Below are positions 1-14,170 of a DNA stretch of 64,000 nt, in pieces (position 1 is the stretch's first letter; each line of letters opens with the position of its first letter). The stretch spans positions 18,656,001 to 18,720,000 of the forward strand of contig CP086569.2 in NCBI GenBank assembly GCA_009914755.4. Direction: 5' to 3'. The notes beneath the pieces were generated by a model, which saw only the letters and a program-made list of their open reading frames with translations, did no database searches and had not been told where the DNA came from. The DNA is from the human T2T-CHM13v2.0 reference genome, Homo sapiens. A program made the translations under genes and the position numbers.

Positions 1-2470
1 CATCCTGATACTAAGGCCTGGCAAAGACACAACAAAAAAAGATAATTTTAGACCAATAGCCCTGATGAACATCGAGGTGAAAATCCTGAGTACAATACTG
101 GTAAACTGAATCAAGCAGCACATCAAAAAGCTTATCCACCACTATCACATCATCTTCATCCCTGAGATGCAAATGTGGTTCAACTTATGCAAGTCAATAA
201 ATTTAATCAATCACATAAACAGAAGCAATGACAAAAGCCACATGATTATCTCAATAGATACAAAATGTCCTCTGACAAAATTCAATAGTCCTTCATGCGA
301 AAAACTCTCAATAAACTAGGCATTCATGGAATGTATCTCAAAATAATAAAAGCTACTTATGACAAACGCTCAGCCAGTATCATACTGAGTGGGCAAATAC
401 TGGAAGCATTCCCTTTGAAAACCAGCACAAAACAAGGATGCCCTCTCTCACCACTCTTATTCAACATAGTGTTGGAAGTTCTACCCAGGGCAATCAGGGA
501 AGAGAAAGAAATAAAGAGTATTCAATTAGGAAATGAGGAAGTCAAATTGTCCCTGTTTTCTGATGACATGATTGTATATTGAGAAAACCCCATTGTCTCA
601 GCCCAAAATCTACTTAACCTGATAAGAAACTTCAGCAAAATCTCAGCATAGAAAATCAGTGTGCAAAAAATCACAAGCATTCCTATACACAAATAACAGC
701 CAAATAATGAGTGAATTCCCATTCAGAATTGCTTCAAAGAGAATAAAATACCTAGGAATCCAACTTACAGGGGATGTGAGGGACCTCTTCAGGGACAACT
801 AAAAAACACTGCTCAACAAATAAAAAAGGACGCAAACAAATGGGAGAATATTCTATGATCATGGATAGGAAGAATCAATATCTTGAAAATGGCCATAGTG
901 CCCAAAGTAATTTATACATGCAATGCTATTCCGATCAAGCTACCAATGACTTTCTTCAGAGAACTGGAAAAAAACTACTTTAAAGTTTATATGGAACCAA
1001 AAAAGAGGCTGCATTGCCGATACAATCCTAAGCAAAAACAACAAACCTGGAGGCATCATGCTACCTGACTTGAAACTATACTACAAGGCTATAGTAAACA
1101 AAACAGCATGGTACTGGTACCAAAACAGATATATTGACCAATGGAACAGAAGACAAGCCTCAGAAATAACACCATGCATCTGCAATCATCTCATTTTTGA
1201 CAAAACTGACAAAAAGAAGAAATGGGGAAAGGATTCCCTATTTAGCAAATGGTGCTGGGAAAAGTGGCTAGCCATTTGTAGAAAGCTGAAACTGGATCCC
1301 TTTCTTACATGTGGCATAAAAATTAATTCAAAATGGATTAAACACTTAAATATTAAACTTAAAACCATAAAAACCCTACAAGAAAACCTAGGCAATGCCA
1401 TTCAGAACACAGGCTTGGGCAAGCACTTTATGACTAAAACACCAAAAGCAACGGCAATAAAAGTGAAAATAGACAAACAGGATCTAATGAAACTGAAGAG
1501 CTTCTGCACAGTGAAAGAAACTACCATCAGAGTAAATGGGCAACCTACAGAATGGGAGAAAATTTTTGCAATCTACCCATCTGACAAAGAACTAATATCC
1601 AGAATCAACAAAGAACACAAACAAATTTACATGAAAAAAAAGTCATCAAAAGGTGGGCAAAGGATAAGAACAGACACTTCTCAAAAGAAGACATCTATGC
1701 TGCCAACAGATGCAGGGAAAAATGCTCATCATCATTGGTCATCACGGAAATGCAAATGAAAACCAAAATGAGATACCATCTCATGCCACTTAGAATGGCG
1801 ATCATTAAAGAGTCAGATGCTATAGTGGATGTGGAGAAATAGGAATGCTTTTACACTGTTGGTGGGAGTGTAAATTAGTTCAACCACTGTAGGAGACAGT
1901 GTGGTAATTCCTCAAGGATCTAAAACTAGAATTACCATTTGACCCAGCAATCCCATTACTGGATATATACCCAAAGGATTATAAATCATGCTACTGTAAA
2001 GACACATGCATACGTTTGTTTATTATGGCACTATTTACAATAGCAAAGAGTTGGAAACAACCCAAATGTCCATCAATGAGAGACTGGATTAAGAAAATGT
2101 GGCAAATATACACCATGGAATACTATGCAGCCATAAAAAAGGATGAGTTTGTGTCCTTTGCAGGGACACGGATGAGCTAGAAGCCATCATTCTCAGCAAA
2201 CTATCACAAGGACATAAAACCAAACACCACATGTTCTCACTCATAGGTGGGAATTGAACAATGAGATTACTTGGACACAGAGCAAAGAAAATCACACACC
2301 AGCGCCTGTTGGGGAGTAGGGGGTAGGGATTTGGGGGAGGGATAACATTAGGAGAAATACCTAATGTAAATGATGAGTTGATGGGTACAGCAAACCAACA
2401 TGGCACATGAATACCTATGTATCAAAACTGTACACTGTACACATGTACCCTAGAACTTTAAATATAATAA
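1..2470 (+). mobile_element. LINE-1 (L1PA/L1PB-age), 3' half of ORF2 through the 3'UTR and A-rich tail; frameshifted and inactive
   Basis: ORF 295-582 gives the ORF2 RT motifs [24 protein letters not shown] and [11 protein letters not shown] 1058-1759 matches the ORF2 C-terminal region ([22 protein letters not shown]). MEYYAAIKKDEF lies at about 2110, followed by the 3'UTR and an aataaacattttaaaataaataaataaaaa tail. Confidence 0.9.
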
Positions 2471-3439
2471 ACATTTTAAAATAAATAAATAAAAATGCAT
2501 CCTATTATGTTCATTTCATGTGTACGACATATGCTATGGGATACATATTGATATTTCAAGGCTACTATACTGGAACAAATTAACATATTTCTAATCTCAC
2601 ATAGTTACTGCTATAGTTTGGATATTTGCCTTTACAAACTTTATGCTGAAATTTGATCCCCAGTGTTGGAGGTGAGGTTGAGTGGGAGATGCTCGGGTCA
2701 TGGGGGTGGATACTTTGTGAAAAGCTTGGTGTCATTCTTGTGATAAGGAGGGAGATCTTTTTTTTATTAGCTTTTGAGAACTCATTAAAAAAAAAAGCCT
2801 GGCACCACCCTCCCTTCTGTTGCATATATGTGATTATAAATATTTTTCTTTCTGTGTCTGGTTTATTTCACTTAGCATAGTTTCCTCCAAGCTCCTCCAT
2901 GGTTTGGCAAATGGCAAGATCTCATTCTTGTTTAGGGCTAAGTAATATTTCTTTGTACTGGACAATAAGGCTTTTTCCATATTTCAGCTATTATTAATAA
3001 TGCTGCGATGAACATGAGAGTGCAAATATCTCCATGAGTTAGGGATTTCCTTTGGTTATATGTCTAAAGGAAGAGTTGTTGAGACATAAGGTAGTTTTAT
3101 TTTTAATTTTCCAGAAACCTCCATACCAACTTTTATAACTGCTACCCATTACCAGCAACACTCTACATGAGTTTCATTTTCTGTACATCCTAGCCAACCT
3201 TTGTGATCTTTTGAGTTTTTAATAATAGCTTTCCTGATGTGAGTTATGTAACGCCTCAAAGTACCTTTGATTTAAATTTTTTCTGATGATTAATGATTTT
3301 GAATGTTTCAAATACCTGTTGCCCATTTTTATATGTTCCTTGGAGAAATGTCAATTCAGAGCTTTTGCTCAGCTTTTAATATGTTTATTTGTTTTGCTGC
3401 TGTTGAGTTGTACAATGTTGGGGAAAACAGTCGCACAAC

Positions 3440-3960
3440 ACCCGGCAGGTACTTTGAGTCTGGGGGAGACAAAGGAGTTAGAAAGAGAGAGAATAAGCAC
3501 TTAAAAGGCGGGTCCAGGGGGCCCGAGCATCGGAGGGTTGCTCATGGCCCACAGTTGTCAGGCTCCACCTAATTAAATGGTTTACAAGCTCTTTGTTCTT
3601 AGGGTAGATGGGAGGGGGAGGAAGGAATGAGGAAAAGGATTAATCCGTGAAGGAGAACTGGTGAGTCATTGAATTCTTATAGCACTGGCGGTTTCTGTGA
3701 ATTCCCTTGAGCAAAGGCGTGTGTCTAAACTACTTAAGATCTCTAATTTATTAGGACTGAAACGGGTGGGAGCAGGTTTCACGAAAAGCCAAGAGGTTTG
3801 ATTATACTCCACTGCTTCAAGGGAGTTTTATCTCCCTGAGCAACCAGTGGAATGCACTGCGCCGTTGTGCTCTCAGCAATAAAGACATGAAGGCAATACG
3901 GAGATTTGCTCCTCAGAAGCCGCCCATGGCTCCCCATGGGTGTCTCACACGGGGCAGATA
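3440..3960. mobile_element. Non-L1 insertion inside the antisense L1, possibly a solo ERV LTR
   Basis: About 520 bp that breaks L1 collinearity (roughly 50 ORF2 codons are missing across it). It is GC-richer than its flanks and contains caataaag. The family is not recognised. Confidence 0.3.
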
Positions 3961-5366
3961 AAATCAACTGGCACCCCAGAAACTTTCTTTCCCACATACA
4001 AGTCCTTCATAAATTTTAGATCTTAACCCATCATCAGATACATAGCTTGAAAATATTTTCCCCAATATTTTGGCTATTGTATTCGGTCGATTGGTTCCTT
4101 TACTGTGCAAAAGTTTTTCATTTGATGTAGTCTTGCTCATTTGTTTTTCTTTATGTGGACTGAGTTTTTAATATGATATTCAAAATAATTATTACCGAGG
4201 CCATCACTCATGAGCTTTTTTCTATGTTCTCTTCTAGATGTTTTAGAGGTTGCAGTCTTACATTTAGGATTTTCCAACTCATCTTCAGTTGATTTTTGTG
4301 TATGATGTAAAATGTGAATCCAATTTTGTTCTTCTGCATGTGGAAATCTAGTTCTCCCAGCACTACTCATAGTAAAGATGATCTTCTTCTCATGTTATCA
4401 TTTTGCTGCAGATTTCAAAAACTAATTGACTATATATGCTTGGATGTATTTCTCGATTCTCTGTTCTGCTCATTTGGCTATGTTTCTGTGTTCATGCCAA
4501 TTTCAAATAAGGTGGTGTGGTTCTTCCTACTTCTTTTTTCTTTCTCAACAATGTTTTCACAATTTATGGCTCTCTATATAGCTATACAAGTTTTATATTT
4601 TGTTTTCTATTTCTGTGAAGAATGCTATTGAAATTTTGATTGAATAGCATTGAATCTGTGTATTGCTTTTGATGCTATAAATACTTTAACAATATTAATT
4701 CTCCCAATCCATAAGCATAGACAATCTTTCCAATTATTTTTGTCTTCTTAAATTGATTTTATCAATGTCTCATAGTTTTCAATGGAGAGATCTGTTACTT
4801 TCTGGTTACCTTTTTTTTAAGTATTTAATTTCTTTGATATGCTTATAAGTCAGACGAGTTTCTTGAATTCTTTTTCAGTTAGGTAATTATTTGTACAATG
4901 ACATTACCAAATCTGTTCATTGGTTCTAACACTTTCTTAAATAGAATATTTGAGCTGTTTTTACATATAGGAGATTGTCATCTGCAAAGAGAGAATACTT
5001 TACTTATTGCTATAAAATTTGGCTGCCTTTTATTTTTTATTTTTTGTCATCAGATGTTTATGTTCCCTATTTGATTTGTTTCTGTTTTAATTGTTATTTT
5101 ATTCATTGTGCTAACTTTGAATTTAATTGTTTTTCCTTCCAGTTTCTTAGATACAATGAGATGTTGCTTATTTGGTATCTTTATTTGTTTAATGTGTGGA
5201 TTTATTGCTGTAATCTTGCATCATAATGCTGCTTCACTGCACACCATAGGTTTAGGTGTGTTGTGTTTCCACTATTATTTATCTGAAGATATTTATGAAT
5301 TTTTCTTTTTATATTTCGTTTCATCAATTCATTACTTAAGAGCAGTGTTTTAAAAATGTTCATATA

Positions 5367-5664
5367 GGCTGAGGGGCGGTGGCTCACGCCTGTAATCTCA
5401 GCACTTTGGGAGGCCGAGGCGGGCGGATCATGAGGTCAGGAGATCGAGACCATCCTGACTAACACGGTGAAACCCTGTCTCTACTAAAAATATGAAAAAT
5501 TAGCTAGGCGTGGTGATGGGCACCTCCAGTGCCAGCTACTTGGGAGGCTGGGGGAGGAGAATGTCATGAACCTGGGAGGCGGAGCTTGCGGTGAGCCGAG
5601 ATTGTGCCACTGTGCTGCATTCTGGGCAACAGAGCGAGACTCTGTCTCAAAAAAAAAAAAAAAA
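5367..5664 (+). mobile_element. Alu (AluY/S-like) inserted into the antisense L1
   Basis: ggctgaggggcggtggctcacgcctgtaatc...gagcgagactctgtctcaaaaaaaaaaaaaaaa; full dimeric Alu with a 16-nt A tail. Confidence 0.92.
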
Positions 5665-6820
5665 GTTCAGTATTTGTGACTTTTTTTCAAGATTTCTCCT
5701 CTTACTGATCTTTGGTTTGCTACCATGATGGTCTGAAAAAATATTAAATATGCTTTTAGCAATCTTACTTTGTTAAGACTTGTTTATGGCCTAGTATGTG
5801 GTCTATTTTAGAGAATCTTCCATGTGTGTTACAGCAAAATATATATTCGGCTGTACACTATGAAAAGTTCTGTATATGTCTGTTGGGTTCATTTAGTTAA
5901 AACTAGAATTCCAGTCTGGCATTTTCTTATTAAGTTTCTGTCGAGTTTATCTATTCCTTGTTGTAATTGAGGTACTGAAATTTCCTACAATTATTTTATT
6001 GCCATTTTTTTCTTCATTTCTATTTATATTTGCTTTAAATATTTAGGTGCTCCATTGTTGAGTGCAGATGTATATATATAATTGTTATATCCTGTTGATA
6101 AATTGATTGCTTTATTATTAAATGATGACCTTCTTGGTCTTATGACAGGTTTTGAATTGAAATCTCTTTTATAGATAGGAGTATAGCCACTCCTAATTTT
6201 TTATTACCATTTGCATAGAGGTATCTTCTTCTATTCCTTCACTTTCAGCCTGTTTGTCCTTAAAGATTAGGTGGGTCTCATAGGTAACATGTAGTTGAAT
6301 CCCATTTTTAAAATCCATTTGGTCACTCCACGTCTTTTAATTGCATAATTTAATTCATTTACATTCTAGATAATTATTGATAAGTTCTTACTACTGTTAT
6401 CTTGTTAGTTGTTTCTGATTGAGTCATACATCATTTTTTCCTTTCTTCCTCCCATGAATGCTTTTAAATGTTTAGCATTTAAATATTTTCAGTAGTGATA
6501 AGCTTTGATTCATTTGTTTTTATCATTAGTGTTGCTGCTGTAGTTTTTGATGGTCATCAAAGGCTCAGAGAAAACATCTTATAGTTAATAATCAACTAGT
6601 TTAAGCTGACAACATTTGTCACATAAAAACTCTAGACATTTACCCTCTGTTCCAATTATGTTTTTGACGTCACAATTTATGTCTTCTAATACTGTGTCTT
6701 CCTTAAAAACCTATTGTTGACAAGTCTTTTGCCGAATGATTTCAAGCTCCTCCATTTTTTGTTTATTTTCCCTTAGTGCTTTTAGAATTTTCTTTATTTC
6801 TCAACCTTTGAGAGTTTGCT

Positions 6821-6822
<2 letters not shown>

Positions 6823-6854
<32 letters not shown>

Positions 6855-8758
6855 GCAGCACTTTTATTTTTCCTTACACAATGATATGTTGCTGAGGCCT
6901 AATGTTCTCACATAACAGTAGAAAACAAAAATTTGTTGTCATTTCTTTAAAGAATCAAGAATTTCATACAAAAAACCTTACATAAATTAAAAGGATGAAT
7001 ACATTTACAGGTGTAAATGCAAACTGCTTCCAACTCAAGGCAAGTGACAGCCTACGGTGTTCTGGCAAAAAACATCAGCTAAGAAAGGAAACTGTGTCCT
7101 GTGGTTTGGACTTTCCAGCCCTAACAGACAGGCAGGGCAGACGCAACTGGTTCAGGAGCACTTGCCAGCCTCTAGAGAAATCCCAGCGCAGTCAGCCCTG
7201 ACACATTAATACCCTGCACAGATCAGAGACTGCTGGCCATGCACACTCACCAAGCCACAGACTTGTCTTCCACAAGCACGTTCTTACCTCAGTCACGAAG
7301 TGACCAAGCCACGTGCACTAAAGATTGAACTCAAAGATATGTACACAGTATTAAACGAATACCGAGGGGAACAGTTAACTTGAATACAAGGTCAAAAAAT
7401 CCAGTGCTGACGTCAGATACAAGCTTCAAGGACAATTTCTTTTCAAAGGCTTATTCCAGTTTCATGAGGTTAGCATGAGGTGTATGCATTTGCCAAGGGC
7501 AAATTTATGCTTCTGAATTAACCCATGCAGCAAATGCTACACATCTGCTCGTTCCATTTAGAAGCATTTGTGGTGGACGATGTAGGGGCCTGACTCATCA
7601 TACTCCTGCTTGCTAATCCATGTCTGCTGGAAGGTGACCAGTGAGTTCAGGATGGAGCAACCGATCCACACTGAGAACTTGCGCTCTGGGGGTGCAATGA
7701 TCTTAATCTTCATGGTGCTGGGCGCCAAGGCAGTGATCTCCTTCTGCATCCTGTCAGCAATGCCTGGATACATGGTGGTGCCACCGGATAGTACCGTATT
7801 GGTGTATAGGTCTTTGCGGATGTCCACGTCACACTTCTTGATGGAGTTGATGGTGGTCTGGTGGATGCGGCAAGATTCCATGCACGGGAAGGAAGGCTGG
7901 AACAGCACCTCCGGACACCAGAACCACTCATTGCCAATGGTGATGACCTGGCCATCGGGCAGTTCATAGCTCTTCTCCAGAGAAGAGGAGGATGCAGGGG
8001 TGGCCATCTCCTGCTTGAAGTCCAGGGAGACCTAGCACAGCTTCTCCTTGATATCGCGCATGATTTCCCGCTGGGCTGTGTTGGTGAAGCTGTAGCCTCT
8101 CTCCTTGAGGATCTTCTTGAGGTACTCAGTCAAGTCCCAGCCAGTCAGGTCCAGATGCAGGATGGCATGGGGAAGGGAGTAGCCCTCGTAGATGGGCACC
8201 GTGTGGGTGACCCTGTGTCCACAGTCCATGACAATGCCAGTGGTGCGCCCAAAGGCATAGAGGGACAGCACATCCCGGATGGCCACGTACATGGCCGGGG
8301 TATTGAAGGTCTCAAACATAATCTGAGTCATTTTCTCTCTGTTGTCCTTGGGGTTCAGTGGGTCCTCGGTCAGCAGCACTGGCTGCTACTCCGGGGCCCC
8401 ATGCAGCTCATTGTAGAAGTGGTGCCAGATCTTCTCCATGTTGTCCCAGTTGGTGATGATGCCATGCTTGATGGGGTACTTCAGCGTCAGAATGCTGCGC
8501 TTGCTCTGGGCTTCATTGCCCACGTAGGAGTCCTTCTGGCCCATGTCCACCATCACGCCCTGGTGTCCGGGGAACCCAACGGTGGAGGGAAACATGGCTT
8601 GGGGAGCATCGTCCCCTGCAAAGCCAGCTTTGCACATGCAAGAGCCATTGTCAATGACGAGCGCAGCGATCTCTTCTTCTACTGCGATGGACAGAGGAGT
8701 GGGACAGAGGAGCGGCAGAAGAACAAGGTAGGCGAGCTGGCAGTGGCGACTGAGAGCC
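6823..8758 (-). pseudogene. ACTG1P: Processed (retrotransposed) pseudogene of gamma-actin ACTG1: 5'UTR, complete intronless CDS, about 700-nt 3'UTR and a 31-nt poly(A), flanked by 12-bp target-site duplications
   Basis: Minus-strand ORFs 8386-8637 ([30 protein letters not shown]), 8032-8379 ([26 protein letters not shown]...) and 7558-8007 (...[84 protein letters not shown]) are collinear with actin. The N-terminus is EEE (gamma, not beta DDD) and the ATG has mutated to GTA. The reverse complement of 6854-7557 matches the ACTG1 3'UTR as I recall it (..gcatttgctgcatgggttaattcagaa..ggaaaaataaaagtgctgcc). Poly-T 6823-6853. TSD agagtttgcttc at 6811-6822 and agagtttgattc at 8759-8770. Confidence 0.92.
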
Positions 8759-9046
8759 AGAGTTTGATTCTTGTTTGTTGTGGGGTAGTTTTATGGGGTA
8801 TTAATCTTTTTTGTAGTTGCCGATTTTTCTGAACCTGTATATTTATCTCTCTCTCAAATTTTTGAAAGTTGTTATTATTCATTTGAATATGCTGTATATA
8901 CCTTCCTTTTGCGGAACTCTTTCATGAATATTGCTAAATCTTAGATTTGCTTATTTAAGGTAATTTTGTATATCTGGTAAATGTTCTTTATTCTTTTTGA
9001 TTGTTTTTCTGTTTTGTTCTTTGTGCATTTCTGAATAACCTATGTT

Positions 9047-9380
<334 letters not shown>

Positions 9381-10852
9381 GTTCCTGATAACTCATTTTA
9401 GAGCTCACTGATTGTTTATTCTGTTTGATATATTCTTCTATTGAAAGCCTTCTTAATTTTCCACTTTAACCAGTATATTTCTCAGTTCCAGGACTTTTTT
9501 TATTGTTAAATAATTTCAGTACATTTTTTAAAGTTTCTTTCAGAAGCGTTATCAGTTCCTTTTCTGTGTTGTTTTAGAGATCTGAATTTCCTGAAAGCTG
9601 ATATTTTGAATTTTTGATCCAATAATCACTGATAGCCATCTCATTAATTAGCATTGGTCAATGGTTTATGCTTTGTCCATTAAGGGAGGTTATAATTTCC
9701 TGTTTGGTATTATTGCTCGTGGTTATACATCTGTATCTTTTTATTGAAGGACTAGTTATTTAGTTTATTGTTTTCTCTGTCTTATTTTACATTTTGTTGT
9801 ATATAATTGCTTTGAGTTTTCTTTAAGACATAAGTATTGTGGGGTATTGTTTGCTTGATTTTGGCTAGGTCAGTGCCTCTGTTTTGGCAGTAGATGGTGC
9901 CTTAAGCCCAGGTTTATTTCAGCTCTAACAAACAAACTTTGAAACACTGCCAGTCTCCTATCTGAGACATTTTGAAGGGGATATCCTGTGTGGGAAGGCT
10001 CTCTATAGGTTTGTGATCAAGGAAATTATGCAATATACCTCCTACCTTATGGTAATGCTGTGCAGGCACTCAGGTTTGGCATCTCCTGTGACTGAGCTAT
10101 CCAGGCTGGAGATGGTAGTCCTTCTTTCTACTTCATCCCTGGTTTTCCTCAGGTTTTTTTTTCTCTTTTCAGGCACTCACAAGACTTCCTTGGGTAAAGA
10201 CAGGAATAATTCTCCTGCCAGGGAATCCAAAATGATGGGGAAGCTGGCCATCCACTTTAAACTTTATTTTAGTAAGTGTAGTAACCAAGAGTCAGAGGAG
10301 TTTTTTTGTTTGTTTGTTTTGTTCACACTTGGTTGTCAGCAGACTAGGGGACAAGTGTCATGAATATAAAAGGCCAACTTTTTTACCCTCTGCCTGGTTT
10401 CTTCACTTCTCTGTCACCCTAGGAGCAGGCTCATTCTCACTTTTGAGCTCTGTGTTATTGATGGTGATAATCTCAGCACTGTATACTCAGTTTTGGTTTT
10501 TCTGTGGGTGTTCTTGGGGGGTTAGGGTTGGGGGCAATTGATGGGCAGCTTCCTTTACTTTGCCATATTTTTTACAAAAGTACTCTCCTCTAATTTACAC
10601 TTTTTCTGCTTCCTTGTGTGTACATTTATGTTACAAATTTTACATTTCTTCTTTTTTATCTCTATCTTTACACATATATATTTCTCAACATTGATTTAGC
10701 GCATTTCAGAAGCTTTAGTATGTTTTAGTTTTTCTTTTGTTTGTGAAAATTAATTCCTTGCAGATTCTTCAGTTAACCATAGGTTGTTGAAGAGTGTATT
10801 TATTATTTTCCAAACAATATACATTTTTCAGTCTTTAGAAAATGAATCTCAG

Positions 10853-11183
<331 letters not shown>

Positions 11184-11184
11184 G

Positions 11185-13650
11185 GGCCTCTAGTTTTATT
11201 CCATTGTGGTTGAAGAAAGCATTATATGTGATTTCAATAATGTTAGATATAATTAGAACTTGCTTTGTGGCCTACCACAGAGTCTATTCTGAAGATAGCA
11301 CAGAGAATAACACATATACACTTTAGAAGAATGTGTAGTCAGCTTGTGGAGTGTTTTGTATATGTCTGAGAGATTTATTTGGTTTATACTGCTTTTGAAG
11401 ACCTTTGTTTTCTTATTGAACTTGGATTTGGTCATTTTACACATTGTTGAAAGTGGGGTGTTGAAATCTCCAACTATTATTATTATTGCAGAACTGTGTA
11501 GCTCCTCAAATCTATTCATTTTTTGCTTCATATATCCTGAGGATCTTTTATTAGGTATATATGAAAGTGTTACATCTTCTTGATCAATTAAACAATTTTG
11601 ATATTTGTCTAATAATTCTAACTCTATTTTGGTTACCGTTTGCATTATTTTTTCCCCACTTTTAAAACGTTTAAAAAGTTATTCTGCTAGTCTTTGACAT
11701 TTAACTGGAGTTTATTTGGACTGAAATTAATTGCTGACAAGAATTTATTTTCCTATTTTTGTTCTTTTGTTCTACAAGTTTTGTTATTGTTGTTGTTATA
11801 TATCATTCCTCCAAAACTGCTCATCTTTGCATTTGTTTTTCTAGGGTACAATTTAGACTCCTTCATTTCTCTTCAGTATATTTGAACAGTTATTTTCTTA
11901 TTGGCTATTAATGGTATTATAATTAATATCTTAAATTCATAATAATATAGTGTGAATTACAATAACTTAGTATTGACATTATACAAAAATCATTTTCCCA
12001 TATTGCTCTCCCTACCTTTCTATGTTTTTTTGTCAAAAATTGTTTTTTATACAATATGTACTAACAACCCAGATATGTAATTATTGTTTTATTCTTTGTC
12101 ATTTCTTTATTTTATTATTGAATTTTATTTTACTTCATTTGAGACAGGGTTTCAGTCACATAGGCTAAATATGGTTCACTACAGCCTCGAGCTCCTGGGC
12201 TCAAGGGATCCGTCCACCTCAGCCCCTCATGTACCTAGGACAGAAGTGTATGCCACCACAGCTGGATAATTTTGTTCATTTTCTGTAGAGACAGGTTCAC
12301 ACTTTGTTGCCTTGACTGGTCTCATACTCCTCAGCTCAAGGAAATCCCGATCCTTGGTTGGGATTACAGTTGTGAGATACTGTATCTTTCCTCTTGTCAT
12401 TTAAATCTAGTAGAAAAATAAAGTCACAGAAACCCCATATACAATAATATTGGCTTTCCTATTTCTTGGTGTAATTACTTCATTGATGTTCTTTATTTCT
12501 TTATTTGCACATGAGGTGCTATTTTACTTTCATTCCTTACATGTTTTCATCATGTTTTGTAAGGCTGATCTAGTAGTAACGTACTCTCTTTAATTCTGTT
12601 TGCTTGGAAATGACTTACTTGCTCATAAATTTAAATTTTGGTTTGGACAGATATTGAGTTTATGATTGACTTAATTTTTTTTTATTTCAGCACTTTGAAG
12701 ATCTCAACACAGTGACTTATTTCCTCCATAATTTTTAATGAGAAATTGGCTGTTAATGTCATGGATGATAACTTGCATGTGATCAGTTACTTCTGTCTTG
12801 CTTCTTTTAAAGTTCTCTATTTATTTGTCTTCTGTCAGTTTCAGTGCATGTGTTTCAGTGTGGATATCTTTGATTTTATTCTTCCTGAAGTATTTTTTTT
12901 TTCCTTTGGAGATATTTGGATCAGTAGATTTCCATCTATCAACACATTTGTGAAGTTTCAGCCACTGTTCATTCAAATATTCTTTTTTTCCCCTGTATTT
13001 CTCTTTTTTCAGTGAAACTCCCATTATGAATATGTTGATATTCTTGATAGAATCCCATGGCAACCTTAGTTTTGTTCATTATTCTTGTTCCTGTTTTTGT
13101 TTCATACACTGAATAATATCAAACAATCCATCTTCAAGTTGCCTCATTACGCTTTTTGCATGCTCACACAAGCTATTCAATCTTTCTAGTTACAGATTAT
13201 TGATTTCATTTTTTAAATAATGTGTATGTCTTTATTGGTATTTTCAATTTTGAATCACTGTTCTACTGGGTTCCCTTAGGTCTTTGAGAACAGACCTTTG
13301 AAGGTCTCAATTCTCTTCTTTTTGAAGAGAATTGAAATATTTCCCTAGTTAGTACCATGCCTGGGCTTTCTGAAATAGCTTCTTTTAATTATGTTTTCTC
13401 TGAATGTGCTTTTTTTGCATTTATCTTTGAATGCCTTTTATTTTATTGTTGAATGCTGAACACTTTGCATATTATTCAGCATACTCAGATAACAAATTCT
13501 TGACCTCCACAATTGCTTAGCTTGTGGGTTGTGTACTTGTTTAACAACTCCTTACAGCTAGTTTTGTAGTCTGTATTCTTTGTCATGTGTGGCCACTTAA
13601 CCTGTGTTCTGTCATCCTTTTGGTCATCTACTATCTTTGACACATTAAAA
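11185..13650 (-). mobile_element. Second LINE-1 copy (antisense): ORF2 endonuclease region, ORF1 and 5'UTR; the 3' part is absent
   Basis: Minus ORF 11253-11645 gives DVTLSYIPNKRSSGYMKQ...IIIVGDFNTPLS, the L1 EN domain. Minus ORF 12821-13063 resembles the ORF1p C-terminus. This is a second EN-domain region distinct from the one at about 6000-6400, so a separate element. Confidence 0.8.
12138..12385 (-). mobile_element. Alu/FLAM-like fragment (antisense) inside the second L1
   Basis: gagacagggtttcagtcacataggctaaatatggttcactacagcctcgagctcctgggctcaagggatcc...gggattacagttgtgag. Confidence 0.75.
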
Positions 13651-13837
13651 AAAATCATAGGAAAGAAAAGAAAAAAAGGAAAAGAAAGAAAAGAAAAACT
13701 ATTCAGAATTTGCATATAGACTTTTCAGGAACTCTAGTGTTTAGTCAAAAGTCAGGGAAAAGTGAAAAGTTTTGGGGTCTTCGCCATGCATGCATCCAAA
13801 AGTGGACATATTTATATCCTTCTAAATATACCAGTAG

Positions 13838-14170
13838 GAGTCTGGGTGTGGTGGTTCATATCTGTAATCCCACCAATTTGGAAGGCTTGGAGAACAAATC
13901 ACTTGAGCCCAGAAGTACGAGACCAGCCTTGACAACATGGAAAGACTCTTCTGTATAAAAAAATACAAAAATAAGCTAGTTTTGGAGGCCCATGCCTGTA
14001 CTGTGAAATGCTGAGCGGGGAGGATTGGTGGAGTCCAGAGAGGTGAGATGCTCAGGAGGCTGAGGTGGCAAGATCATTTGAACCCAAGGAGGTTGCCGCT
14101 GCAGTAGGCCATGATCCTGCCACAGGACTCCACTGTGGGCCACAGGGCAAGTTCTGTCTCTATTTAAAAC
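13838..14170 (+). mobile_element. Alu (diverged, AluJ-like)
   Basis: ggagtctgggtgtggtggttcatatctgtaatcccaccaatttggaaggc...gaggctgaggtggcaagatcatttgaacccaaggaggttg. Confidence 0.8.

Noticed and set aside
1058-1759. 233-aa plus-strand ORF, the longest in the track apart from the pseudogene antisense.
   Set aside because: It is the C-terminal third of L1 ORF2 ([26 protein letters not shown]...), part of the decayed L1 at 1-2470, and not a host gene.
7558-8832. The cluster of long ORFs (minus 149/115/83 aa; plus 323 aa at 7861-8832) initially looked like an intact cytoskeletal gene (first impression tubulin), possibly a real CDS.
   Set aside because: Motifs are actin, not tubulin, with a mutated start, internal stops and frameshifts, no introns, a poly(A) tail and TSDs: a processed ACTG1 pseudogene. 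The 323-aa plus-strand ORF is just the antisense strand of the actin codons.
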